DNA from: Candidatus Coprenecus merdipullorum
GTDB lineage: Bacteria; Bacteroidota; Bacteroidia; Bacteroidales; UBA932
Direction of reading: 5' to 3'
NCBI GenBank assembly: GCA_019118865.1
Contig: DWYD01000181.1
Span: forward strand, 431 to 64,430
Length of the DNA: 64,000 bases
In this document: one piece after another, positions 53,595 through 62,579 of the stretch
Layout of the letters: each line of letters begins with the position of its first letter
Position numbering within the stretch: the first letter of the stretch is position 1
Program-made: the position numbers and the translations under genes
The notes under the pieces: model-generated
Seen by the model: only the letters and a program-made list of their open reading frames with translations
Told to the model about the DNA's origin: nothing
Databases searched by the model: none

Positions 53595-55391
53595 ATGGAC
53601 ACTCTCAACTCCGGCACAAAGTTAATCAATAAATCGGATATCCGCAGGGCACTTCCCTTCAAGGGGCCGCTGGGCTCCCTGATTGCGTCCTGCGCCATGT
53701 CCCTCCTGGGGCTGAACCGCATCAACCGCCTCTATCCGCAGTTCGGGGCATACAGGGGACGCGAGTTCACCAAGGAGGCCATGAAGACCTTCCGCATCTC
53801 CACGGACATCCTGCCGGAGGAGGTGGAATACATCCCAAAGGAAGGGCCCTTCATCATTGTCTCCAACCACCCCTTCGGAGGATGGGACGGCATCGTCCTC
53901 TACAACACGGTGGCCGCCGTCCGCCCGGATTTCAAGATTCTGACCAATTTCATCCTTTCCCTCATCCCCAACCTCAGGGACAGCTTCCTGGCCGTCAACC
54001 CCTTCTCCGACCGCAAGCAGCTCCGCAGCAGCCTTCCTGGACTGAAAGCGGCCATGGAGACAATAGAGCACGGCGGCTGCGTCGGCATTTTCCCCGCAGG
54101 AGAGGTATCCACATACTACCGGGGCAATAAATTCCCGGCGGACAAGGAATGGACCCACACCGTCATGAAGCTCGTCACCACGTGCAGGGTGCCGGTGCTG
54201 CCCGTCTACTTCGACGGCAGCAACTCCAGGCTGTTCCACATGCTGGGCCGCATCCACCCGATGCTCCGCACCCTGAGACTGCCCCGCGAGCTGCTCCGCC
54301 GCAGCGGAGGCACGGTAACTATGAGAATCGGACGGATTATCCCAGCAGGAGAAATCACACGATGGAACAATCCCAAGGAACTGGGCCGTATGCTCCGCAA
54401 CCGTGTCTACGCAATGGAGGGAAATGTCCCCCGCAACCAACCCGGACAACAGACTGCCGGAGCACATGAGCCACTGCTGCCGCCTGTCCAGACATCTGTG
54501 TTGAGAAAGGAGATGGAGGCACTTACCCCTCTGTTCGAAGTCTCCAGGTTCCAGTGTTTTCTGGCTGATACATCCAGCATACCGTTCATGATGCAGGAAA
54601 TAGGACGGCGCAGGGAAGAATCTTTCCGCCAGGTAGGCGAGGGTACCGGCTCAGCAATCGATACCGACACCTTCGATGCATACTACAAGCATTTGGTTCT
54701 GTGGGACAAAGAAGCCTGCCAGCTTGCCGGGGCCTACCGTCTGGGCATCGGCAAGGAGATATATGAGCGCTATGGCGTCAAGGGTTTCTATACCCATACT
54801 CTCTTCCGCTACTCAGAAGAGTTCACCGCCCTGCTGCCCGAATGCATAGAACTGGGACGCTCGTTCCTATCGGTAGAATACAAGAAAGAAGCACTGCCGC
54901 TGATGTTGCTCATCAAAGGTCTGTTCTATACTGTACTGAGATACAAGGACTGCAAGTACCTGTTCGGGCCTGCAAGCATTACCAGCTGGCTGCCTCCGTT
55001 CTACAGGAGTCTGCTGATATCGGGACTGGAGAAATTCGCTTCAGGACCGCATATGGGGATGGTGACTCCGCGCACTCCATTCAAGCCCGAATGGCTCCGC
55101 GTAGATCCTGACCTTCTGCTCTCCGGCAGGACTACAAGCGTGGACGCATTCGACAAGTATCTTCAGCGCCTTAGTGACGGCCGGTACCGCATACCCACCC
55201 TGATAAAGAAATATGTCAAGCTTCAGGCTGAAATCCTGGCTTTCAATGTAGACCGTGAATTCAACTACTGTGTGGACGGAATGATCTTCCTGGATATGGC
55301 AGCAGTACCGCGTAGCGAGATCGAAATGCTAACCAAAGGCAGCGAGGACCAGGAAAGTCTCATCGGAAAATTCTACGGAACAGGATCATAG
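53595..55391 (+). CDS. Bifunctional-type acyltransferase: N-terminal PlsC-like domain fused to a C-terminal OlsB/GNAT-like domain (OlsF-like)
   Basis: The N-terminus has [14 protein letters not shown] and GIFPAGEVS. The C-terminus has [30 protein letters not shown], typical of OlsB-type N-acyltransferases. Confidence 0.78.
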   Translation: MDTLNSGTKLINKSDIRRALPFKGPLGSLIASCAMSLLGLNRINRLYPQFGAYRGREFTKEAMKTFRISTDILPEEVEYIPKEGPFIIVSNHPFGGWDGIVLYNTVAAVRPDFKILTNFILSLIPNLRDSFLAVNPFSDRKQLRSSLPGLKAAMETIEHGGCVGIFPAGEVSTYYRGNKFPADKEWTHTVMKLVTTCRVPVLPVYFDGSNSRLFHMLGRIHPMLRTLRLPRELLRRSGGTVTMRIGRIIPAGEITRWNNPKELGRMLRNRVYAMEGNVPRNQPGQQTAGAHEPLLPPVQTSVLRKEMEALTPLFEVSRFQCFLADTSSIPFMMQEIGRRREESFRQVGEGTGSAIDTDTFDAYYKHLVLWDKEACQLAGAYRLGIGKEIYERYGVKGFYTHTLFRYSEEFTALLPECIELGRSFLSVEYKKEALPLMLLIKGLFYTVLRYKDCKYLFGPASITSWLPPFYRSLLISGLEKFASGPHMGMVTPRTPFKPEWLRVDPDLLLSGRTTSVDAFDKYLQRLSDGRYRIPTLIKKYVKLQAEILAFNVDREFNYCVDGMIFLDMAAVPRSEIEMLTKGSEDQESLIGKFYGTGS

Positions 55392-55648
55392 CCGCTTCCT
55401 CCCCAAGGATGACAACGCAGTATCCTGCGCACGGCCAGATAAAGTCCCTTTATGGGCCCGTGCCTGCGCAAAGCCTCCAGGGCATAGGCAGAGCATGTAG
55501 GAGTGAACCGGCATGCTGCCGGAGTATACGGAGAGATGCAGACCTGATAAAAACGTATCAGGAGAACAAGGGGAAATATAAGCGCCTTCCTCAACGCCCT
55601 ATTGAATCTTTCCCAGCGCGGTCTCAAGATCTTCGGAGATCCGTCCAT
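55373..55648 (-). CDS. yidD: Membrane protein insertion efficiency factor YidD
   Basis: [54 protein letters not shown]. The exact start is uncertain because the ORF overlaps the rnpA 3' end. Confidence 0.85.
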   Translation of the reverse strand: MDGSPKILRPRWERFNRALRKALIFPLVLLIRFYQVCISPYTPAACRFTPTCSAYALEALRRHGPIKGLYLAVRRILRCHPWGGSGYDPVP

Positions 55649-55907
55649 AATCCAGAATTTCAGTTGCGGTATATATCAGCATAAGATGCACACCTTCCAG
55701 AGCGGGATATTTACCGCATACATGACGGAAAGCCTCCCGGGTACGCCTCCGGATGAGATTGCGCTTGACAGCCCGTTTATAAATTTTCTTCGGCACTGAA
55801 AAAATTCGGGCCGGAGCCTGATCCCCGGCACAGTCCAGCCAGTAGATACGGAACGGGTAGCTGTAAAGCTTCCTGCCATCCGTGTGAATCTTTTCCGCCA
55901 GTTTCAT
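55599..55907 (-). CDS. rnpA: Ribonuclease P protein component
   Basis: 102 aa and basic ([18 protein letters not shown]), immediately upstream of yidD. Confidence 0.82.
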   Translation of the reverse strand: MKLAEKIHTDGRKLYSYPFRIYWLDCAGDQAPARIFSVPKKIYKRAVKRNLIRRRTREAFRHVCGKYPALEGVHLMLIYTATEILDYGRISEDLETALGKIQ

Positions 55908-55917
55908 ACGTATCAGG

Positions 55918-56724
55918 CTAATTCGGGGATATGAACGACAGAACGTAATGCTGACCTGACGAATGCATGGCCATAGAACCGGTCTGAGACGAGATGCTGT
56001 CTATCTGAAAGCACTTGACGTCCCATCTGGACGGAGTACCGAATTCTGCATTGTCATAGACTGTCAGCGCCAGGAAATCATCATAAAGGCGGAAATAATC
56101 CTCCCCTCCACCCATCGGCTGCCAGGCATTCTCTCCGGTTCTGGAAGAAATAATCAGGGAGCCGTCTCCCTGAAACTGAATACGGTAGTTCGAAAAATCG
56201 GCTCCATCCAGGGTATTGAACTGCCATACTCCCGCTATAGTGTCAGTAACAGCATATGTCGACGGGAGCTTGCGCATGGTCATCTGCGAGAACTCCGGCG
56301 TAACTTCCTGACCTCCGATAATCAAGGAGCTCAGTCCCAGTGTCATCAGGGAATCCTCCGAATGTACGAAATCATACTGCTGGGTTGTGACTACCTGATC
56401 TACAAAACCGAAAAGTCCGGTAAATGTACCGTAAATGGAAAAGTCACAGCAGTAAATCTCATACATGAGCGTGTTGTCACCCCACTGGCATCCTACTGTA
56501 TCATCCAGAGTCAGGACTCCCGACCATGTGACTACATTTGACTTGTCAAATGTCACGACTGTCCAGTCCCGCTCGTCGAGCAAGTTGCCGTCCCTGGTGT
56601 CTATCAGCCATGTAGCCTTGATATTCTCGCGGTTGTATGCCGGACTTTCACGGCTGCACGACACCGGCAGCACAAGCACGCAGAAAACTGCGGACAGCAG
56701 CACTATGGACCAGAGCCGCCGCAT
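55918..56724 (-). CDS. Hypothetical lipoprotein (lipocalin-like?)
   Basis: Signal plus lipobox LPVSCS. It looks beta-rich. I recognised no family. Confidence 0.55.
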   Translation of the reverse strand: MRRLWSIVLLSAVFCVLVLPVSCSRESPAYNRENIKATWLIDTRDGNLLDERDWTVVTFDKSNVVTWSGVLTLDDTVGCQWGDNTLMYEIYCCDFSIYGTFTGLFGFVDQVVTTQQYDFVHSEDSLMTLGLSSLIIGGQEVTPEFSQMTMRKLPSTYAVTDTIAGVWQFNTLDGADFSNYRIQFQGDGSLIISSRTGENAWQPMGGGEDYFRLYDDFLALTVYDNAEFGTPSRWDVKCFQIDSISSQTGSMAMHSSGQHYVLSFISPN

Positions 56725-57468
56725 TTACTTCATATTTTCGAGATACAGCATCAGAGCCTTGGATACCGAAGGAGCCTGAGGGGTCGGAGCCTCTACTTCC
56801 ACGGAATAACCGTGATCCTTGAGCACCTTGGCAGTAGAGGGACCGTATGTCACGAAAAGAAGTTTGTCCTGCTTGAATTCAGGATAAGAAGCCAGCAGTG
56901 ACTTTACATCAGAAGGGCTGTAGAACACCACCATCTGATACTTGCTGAGGTCAATCTGAGTAAGATCACTGTACACGGTCTTGCTGAAAACTGCGTTTCC
57001 GAACTTCAGGCCGGCTTTGGTGAATGCCTTGATGACGTCAGGCTTGGTAGTATCGGTGGATGCTATCAGAAAATTCTCGTTCTTGTGCTTTGCCCCGACA
57101 ACACTGATGACCGAGTCAACCGTTCCCTTCCCGAAAAATATCTTGCGCTTCCTGTACACTATATGCTTTTGAAGATACAGCGCGATATTCTCGGTAGTAC
57201 AGAAATATTTCATGGTCTCGGGGACAGTCACCCTCATGGCCTCGCACATTGCAAAAAAAGCGTCAATCGAGGACTTGGCGGAAAAAAATATAGCGGTATA
57301 ATCCAGAATAGCCACTTTTTGAGCCCTGAACTCCTTAGCCGTAAGAGGTTCGATCCTGAAAAATGGAGAATAGTCTATATGTACTCCGAATGTAGATGTA
57401 ATCTCCGAAAACGGAGACTGGGTATTACCCGGATCGGGCTGTGAGACTAGGATATTGCTTATCTTCAT
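56725..57468 (-). CDS. Uroporphyrinogen-III synthase-like (HemD family) protein
   Basis: ILVSQPDP...FRIEPLTAKEFR...DYTAIFFSAKSSIDAFF resembles the Bacteroidota HemD-like protein usually found near rnpA (recollection). Confidence 0.65.
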   Translation of the reverse strand: MKISNILVSQPDPGNTQSPFSEITSTFGVHIDYSPFFRIEPLTAKEFRAQKVAILDYTAIFFSAKSSIDAFFAMCEAMRVTVPETMKYFCTTENIALYLQKHIVYRKRKIFFGKGTVDSVISVVGAKHKNENFLIASTDTTKPDVIKAFTKAGLKFGNAVFSKTVYSDLTQIDLSKYQMVVFYSPSDVKSLLASYPEFKQDKLLFVTYGPSTAKVLKDHGYSVEVEAPTPQAPSVSKALMLYLENMK

Positions 57469-57494
57469 TTGCTTACAATCTTTTAATATCTATT

Positions 57495-58175
57495 TCAGTA
57501 CCGTACGACAACAACTGCCGCCGTCACAACCGGTAAAATTTCAAGCGTGCAAAGATACAAAATAGTCAATAAAAGAGGCTCTCTGAAAGAAAAAAATATT
57601 CTCAGCAGCTCCGCAGAATAGAGCAGAAGCAGTACAGCGGCCGCTACGGCAGACACCGGCCCGGTAAGCACCGGATATAGATCCGGCAAAAACATCCCGA
57701 TGATGAGTATGACACAGTACACCACTGTTGCAGTTATGAAAAACAGGCAGCTGAGCCGTGACAGCACTGCCGCCAGATCCCTTTCACCGGAGACATAGGC
57801 CATACCTGCCAGAAAAAGAAATCTCATGACATAATATCCGGCCAGAGAGGCCAGGATAAGAAGATACGGAGCCTCCACCGAAGAAGTACCGTAAACCAGA
57901 TAGGCAGCAACAGGCAGCAGGACCAGGAAACCGATAGGAAGTCCCAGCCTGACTGCCGGGGAGGTGTCATAATAGGTACGCTTGACAGGATAGCGGGCGA
58001 AGCCTCCTGCCCAGGACAGGAATACGGACGTCTGCACCCTGAAAACCAAACAGAAGAAGATGAAGAAAAGCACGGCCCATACAAAGTACTGAGCTCCGTG
58101 GATAACGGTAATGCCCGCAGCAGGAATATCATAATGCTGCAACAGTGAATCCGGGAAAAGCTCACTCACCGTCAT
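57495..58175 (-). CDS. Multi-pass membrane protein (DUF4271-like)
   Basis: Six or more hydrophobic helices. I chose the ATG at 58175 (MTVSELF), 10 nt after the SUI1 stop. The ORF track extends to 58208. Confidence 0.55.
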   Translation of the reverse strand: MTVSELFPDSLLQHYDIPAAGITVIHGAQYFVWAVLFFIFFCLVFRVQTSVFLSWAGGFARYPVKRTYYDTSPAVRLGLPIGFLVLLPVAAYLVYGTSSVEAPYLLILASLAGYYVMRFLFLAGMAYVSGERDLAAVLSRLSCLFFITATVVYCVILIIGMFLPDLYPVLTGPVSAVAAAVLLLLYSAELLRIFFSFREPLLLTILYLCTLEILPVVTAAVVVVRY

Positions 58176-58185
58176 GCCGGGAGAA

Positions 58186-58503
58186 TCAGTTGCCGCGCTT
58201 CGCCACATATCCCATACCGGTCAGGAATGTTGTCACCTTGTCCCTGCAGTCACCCTGAATCAGAATTTCTCCGTCCTTAATGCTGCCTCCCGTACCGCAG
58301 CGGCTCTTGAGACTGCGTCCCAGTGCGGTAAGATCCTCATCGCTGCCGATGAAGCCCTTTATCAGAGTCACCGACTTGCCGCCGCGGTTGCGGCGGTCCA
58401 GATACACTGTCAGTTTCTGCTTCGAAGGAGGAAGTGTCTCCACCTTCCGCTCCTCTTCGGACGGAATGTTAAAATCAGGATTTGTAGAGTAAACCAGAGG
58501 CAT
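58186..58503 (-). CDS. SUI1/YciH-family translation initiation factor
   Basis: GGKSVTLIKGF...LKSRCGTGGSIKDGEILIQGDCRDKV. Confidence 0.9.
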   Translation of the reverse strand: MPLVYSTNPDFNIPSEEERKVETLPPSKQKLTVYLDRRNRGGKSVTLIKGFIGSDEDLTALGRSLKSRCGTGGSIKDGEILIQGDCRDKVTTFLTGMGYVAKRGN

Positions 58504-58519
58504 AAGGGTAATTTTTTCG

Positions 58520-58527
58520 CAAATTTA
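58520..58527 (-). promoter_or_regulatory. Putative -7 promoter box (TAAATTTG on the minus strand)
   Basis: 17 nt upstream of the SUI1 ATG at 58503. Confidence 0.4.
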
Positions 58528-58528
58528 G

Positions 58529-58536
58529 TATATTTG
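58529..58536 (+). promoter_or_regulatory. Putative -7 promoter box (TATATTTG)
   Basis: 29 nt upstream of the ATG at 58565. It sits back to back with the minus-strand box. Confidence 0.4.
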
Positions 58537-58564
58537 CGACTTATACACACGAAACAGACAACAA

Positions 58565-61500
58565 ATGGAGCAGAAAAAGTTTAATTTCCTCAACCGCATC
58601 TTCTCGGTCATCGTACTTCTGACCGCATCCGTTACATATCTTTTGACCATCGAGCCCACAGTCAGCTTCTGGGACTGCGGCGAGTTCATCGCCTCATCCT
58701 ATAAGCTGGAGGTCGGCCACGCTCCCGGCAACCCGGTGTTTCAGCTCATCGCACGCTTCTTCACCATGTTCGCCTCACCTGAGCATGCCGCCATGGCTGT
58801 CAATATAATGAGCGCCCTGTGCTCTGCCTTCACCATTTTCTTCCTGTATCTGACCATCGTCCACCTGGGACGCCGGATCATCGAGAAGAACGGAGGCAAC
58901 GGGACACTGTCCGCAGGGGAAGCCATTTCCCTCATAGGAGCCGGAACAGTCGGTGCCCTCGCCTACTGCTGGTCCGACACCTTCTGGTTCTCCGCAGTGG
59001 AGGCAGAAGTCTACGCGATGTCCTCCCTTTTCACAGCCGTAGTCTTCTGGATGATTCTCAAATGGGAGGAACAGGCCGACACTGAATATGCGGACCGCTG
59101 GATCGTAGCCATAGCATTCCTGATGGGGCTCTCCGTCGGAGTACACCTGCTCAACCTGCTGACCATACCGGCCATAGCATTTGTCTACTACTACAAGAAA
59201 GCACCCAAAGTCACCACCTGGGGATGCATCGGAGTATTCTTCATCTCGGCAGTCATCCTGGCGGTGATACTGTGGGGCATCATCCCCTACCTGCCCAAGA
59301 TTGCGGCTGTATTCGACCTGCTCTTCGTCAACGTGTTCCACCTGCCGTTCAACTCCGGCGCCGCCTTCTTCGTCATCGCCCTGCTGGTGCTCAGCTTCCT
59401 GGCCGTCTACCTGACATATAAGAAAGGCTCTCATCTGTGGAACATCATAACCCTGTGCTTCACGGCCATCATCATCGGATACTCGGCATTCGCCATGGTG
59501 GTCATCCGCTCAGCCAACAACACTCCCACCAACGAGGGACAGCCGGACAACCCCTTCGCCCTGGTCAAGTACCTGAGCCGCGAACAGTACGGCAAGAATC
59601 CTCTCGTCTACGGACATACCTACGCATCCGTCTACACCGACTACAAATTCAACAACTACTACACCAAACTCGACAGCGCGTACTACAAGGCCCCGGCTCC
59701 CGTAGACGTAATCTATCCCTCTGAGAGCAAAATGCTGTTCCCCAGAATGTACAGCAAGGATCCCTCCCATATCCGCTTCTACGAAAGCTACACTCAGGGA
59801 CGCGGCAAGGTGATTCCCGGCTCGGACTACAAGATGCCTACCTTCGCCGACAACATGAAGTTCTTCTTCGACTACCAGTTCAACTGGATGTATATGCGCT
59901 ACTTCATGTGGAACTTCGCCGGCCGCCAGAACGACCTTCACGGTCAGGTGCCGGGAGACCCGCTGAAAGGCAACTGGGAGTGCGGTATCGGATTTATCGA
60001 CAAGGCCCGTCTCGGAGACCAGTCCGACGGCCCGGACTACATAGTGAACAACAAGGCCAAGAACCACTACTACATGCTGCCCCTCCTGCTCGGCATCATC
60101 GGCCTGCTCTACCAGCTGGGGAAAGACAAGCGCAACTGGTGGATCACATTCCTGCTCTTCTTCCTTACCGGCATCGCCATCATCCTGTACCTCAACCAGT
60201 CTCCTTATCAGGTCCGCGAGCGCGACTATGCCTACGCCGGCAGCTTCTACGTGTTCTCGATATGGATAGGCCTGGCAGTTATGGCCGTATACAGCTGGCT
60301 GCGCAAACCTGCGGCCAAGGCGCATGTACCTGAGAAAGTGACTGCCGCCGTAGTCAGCGTACTGCTTCTCGGAGTTCCCGTACTCATGGCCGCCGAGAAC
60401 TGGGACGACCACAACCGCAGCAACCGCTACACCGCACGCGACATGGCCTACAACTATTTCGCATCCACCGATCCCCAGGCAATCCTCGTCACCCACGGAG
60501 ACAACGACACATTCCCCCTCTGGTACATCCAGGAAGTAGAGGGCGTGCGCCTGGACGCCAGGGTCATGAATACCTCCCTGCTCGGCATAGACTGGTATAT
60601 AGACCAGATGCAGTGGAAACAGTATGACGCTGAGCCCATACGTTTCACCACCAAACGCATCAACTATCTCTACGGTACCAACGACTACGTCTACGTCCTG
60701 GACCGCTTCAACCGCCCTATCCTCCTCAAGGACGCCATCGCCCTCTTCAACGATCCGCGTGTCAAGGTCAATCTCTACGGCCGGGAGGAAAGCTACCTTC
60801 CCGCCTCCAGGCTGCTCATTCCGGTCAATAAGGAAAATGTCATCAAGAACCACATCGTACCCGAAGAGGACTATGACAATATTCTGGACACCGTCTGCCT
60901 GGAAATACCCCTCGACAGGGACAATCTGCTGGAAAAGCCGGAGCTCATGATTCTCGACATGCTCGCCAACTATGACTGGGAACGCCCCATCTATTTCATG
61001 ACCCAGGGCGGCAGTCTGGATATAGGCATCGAGGACTACCTCCAGTTCGACGGATTCACCTACAAGTTCGTCCCCATCAAGAGCCGTACGTCTTTCACAT
61101 CCGTAGAGCAAGTGGATACCGACGCCATGTATGACCGCATCATGAACGGCTACCGTCTGGACAGCTTCTCGAAGGACTTCTTCGTGGATTACCAGAACCT
61201 CTCTACATTCAACGGTGTCGCCGCGATGCGCTTCATGTTCGTACAGACAGCCATAGCCCTCTACGACAAGGGGGAGACCGACAAGGCCCTGCAGGTACTC
61301 GACCGCATGCAGGAAGTCTACCCGGACCACAACTTCCCTCTTAATGCTTCCGCAGCCGTGATGTACAACAATGAACAGATGGTCCTCCAGGCCATCGGCC
61401 TGTACTTCAGGTGCGGTGAGAAAGACAAAGGTCTGGCCATGGCCGACCGCTTCATGGAAGAGACAATGCAGGCCATCAGACTATTCGCCCAGCCCTACCG

Positions 61501-61642
61501 CGGCTCGGTACTCTCACAGATAGACCTGCAGAACAACTTCCAGCTATATCAGTACGGCATAGATATCGTCCGTCAGGAAGATCCAGACAAGGCCCAGGAA
61601 TACTCCAAGACACTCGAGGACTTCCTCAACAGTGCCGTATAG
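58565..61642 (+). CDS. DUF2723-domain membrane protein (TMEM260-like putative glycosyltransferase) with C-terminal TPR-like region
   Basis: The N-terminus LLTIEPTVSFWDCGEFIASSYKLEVGHAPGNPVFQL is typical of DUF2723. There are about 10 transmembrane helices. 1025 aa. Confidence 0.78.
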   Translation: MEQKKFNFLNRIFSVIVLLTASVTYLLTIEPTVSFWDCGEFIASSYKLEVGHAPGNPVFQLIARFFTMFASPEHAAMAVNIMSALCSAFTIFFLYLTIVHLGRRIIEKNGGNGTLSAGEAISLIGAGTVGALAYCWSDTFWFSAVEAEVYAMSSLFTAVVFWMILKWEEQADTEYADRWIVAIAFLMGLSVGVHLLNLLTIPAIAFVYYYKKAPKVTTWGCIGVFFISAVILAVILWGIIPYLPKIAAVFDLLFVNVFHLPFNSGAAFFVIALLVLSFLAVYLTYKKGSHLWNIITLCFTAIIIGYSAFAMVVIRSANNTPTNEGQPDNPFALVKYLSREQYGKNPLVYGHTYASVYTDYKFNNYYTKLDSAYYKAPAPVDVIYPSESKMLFPRMYSKDPSHIRFYESYTQGRGKVIPGSDYKMPTFADNMKFFFDYQFNWMYMRYFMWNFAGRQNDLHGQVPGDPLKGNWECGIGFIDKARLGDQSDGPDYIVNNKAKNHYYMLPLLLGIIGLLYQLGKDKRNWWITFLLFFLTGIAIILYLNQSPYQVRERDYAYAGSFYVFSIWIGLAVMAVYSWLRKPAAKAHVPEKVTAAVVSVLLLGVPVLMAAENWDDHNRSNRYTARDMAYNYFASTDPQAILVTHGDNDTFPLWYIQEVEGVRLDARVMNTSLLGIDWYIDQMQWKQYDAEPIRFTTKRINYLYGTNDYVYVLDRFNRPILLKDAIALFNDPRVKVNLYGREESYLPASRLLIPVNKENVIKNHIVPEEDYDNILDTVCLEIPLDRDNLLEKPELMILDMLANYDWERPIYFMTQGGSLDIGIEDYLQFDGFTYKFVPIKSRTSFTSVEQVDTDAMYDRIMNGYRLDSFSKDFFVDYQNLSTFNGVAAMRFMFVQTAIALYDKGETDKALQVLDRMQEVYPDHNFPLNASAAVMYNNEQMVLQAIGLYFRCGEKDKGLAMADRFMEETMQAIRLFAQPYRGSVLSQIDLQNNFQLYQYGIDIVRQEDPDKAQEYSKTLEDFLNSAV

Positions 61643-61676
61643 CACACCTTACCTAGATTCAAACCATTTCTAAGCG

Positions 61677-62579
61677 ATGAAAACAAATATTTATTTCGCA
61701 CTATCAATGCTAGCACTGTCGCTTGCGTCATGTAAAAAGAATACCTGGACAGACGACAGCGCAGTCATCAGGTTCCAGGACGAGAGGTTCCTGCAGGCTA
61801 TACTGGAAAACCCAAGAAATACCGTGGATAAAAACAACGACGGACAGATTTCCGAAAAGGAGGCTCGGACGGCAACTGTCCTTGATGTCAGTCTCGCCGG
61901 TATCAGCAGCATGGATGAGATAAAGTACTTCACTTCCCTGACCGTGCTTTCCTGTTATGGCAACGAGCTGACGGCCCTTGATGTCAGCAACAACACCTCC
62001 CTGACAAAACTGAACTGCTCCTCGAATGAGCTTTCTGCCATTGACGTGGGAAACAACCCCGAACTGACGTTGTTCTATTGCGACAGTAATCAGCTGTCCA
62101 CCCTTGACGTGAGCCGGAATACATTGCTGGAGATATTTGATTGCAGTCACAACTCGATTGCTTCGCTTGACGTGAGCCGGAACACCTTGCTGCAAATATT
62201 TGATTGCTATTACAACTCGATCACTTCGCTTGACGTGAGCCGGCATGCATCCCTGCGACAATTCAATTGCAGCAATAACTTGCTTGAAAATCTTGATGTA
62301 AGCGCCTGTTCGTCCTTGACAATATTGAATATCAACTACAACCGAATTTCTGAAATAGATTTTTATGCCAACACGTTACTGGAGGAATTATACTGCGAGG
62401 ACAACCTTCTGACCTTACTGGACTTACGGAACAACAAAGAGCTCAAGTATCTTTCCTGCTCGGGAAACAAGCTGAGCAGGCTAATTCTGTACAGACACCA
62501 TAAGCTGGGAAAAAGTACCATAGCCGAGATAAGAGAAGAATACGGTGACATTATAGAATACGAGTTCGCAAGGCCTTAG
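61677..62579 (+). CDS. Leucine-rich-repeat lipoprotein
   Basis: Lipobox LSLASCKK, then about 9 LRR units of 21-22 aa (LxxLDVSxNxxLxxLxCxxNxLxx). Confidence 0.85.
   Translation: MKTNIYFALSMLALSLASCKKNTWTDDSAVIRFQDERFLQAILENPRNTVDKNNDGQISEKEARTATVLDVSLAGISSMDEIKYFTSLTVLSCYGNELTALDVSNNTSLTKLNCSSNELSAIDVGNNPELTLFYCDSNQLSTLDVSRNTLLEIFDCSHNSIASLDVSRNTLLQIFDCYYNSITSLDVSRHASLRQFNCSNNLLENLDVSACSSLTILNINYNRISEIDFYANTLLEELYCEDNLLTLLDLRNNKELKYLSCSGNKLSRLILYRHHKLGKSTIAEIREEYGDIIEYEFARP
62103..62291 (+). repeat. 63-bp tandem coding repeats within the LRR gene
   Basis: Units start at 62103, 62166 and 62229, each beginning CTTGACGTGAGCCGG. Units 1 and 2 differ at 9 of 63 positions by hand count. Confidence 0.75.

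Noticed and set aside
59510-61330. 606-aa ORF antisense to the DUF2723 gene
   Set aside because: Same shadow-ORF signature (V/G/E/D/H rich) with no motifs. The plus-strand frame has a conserved DUF2723 N-terminus and transmembrane helices.
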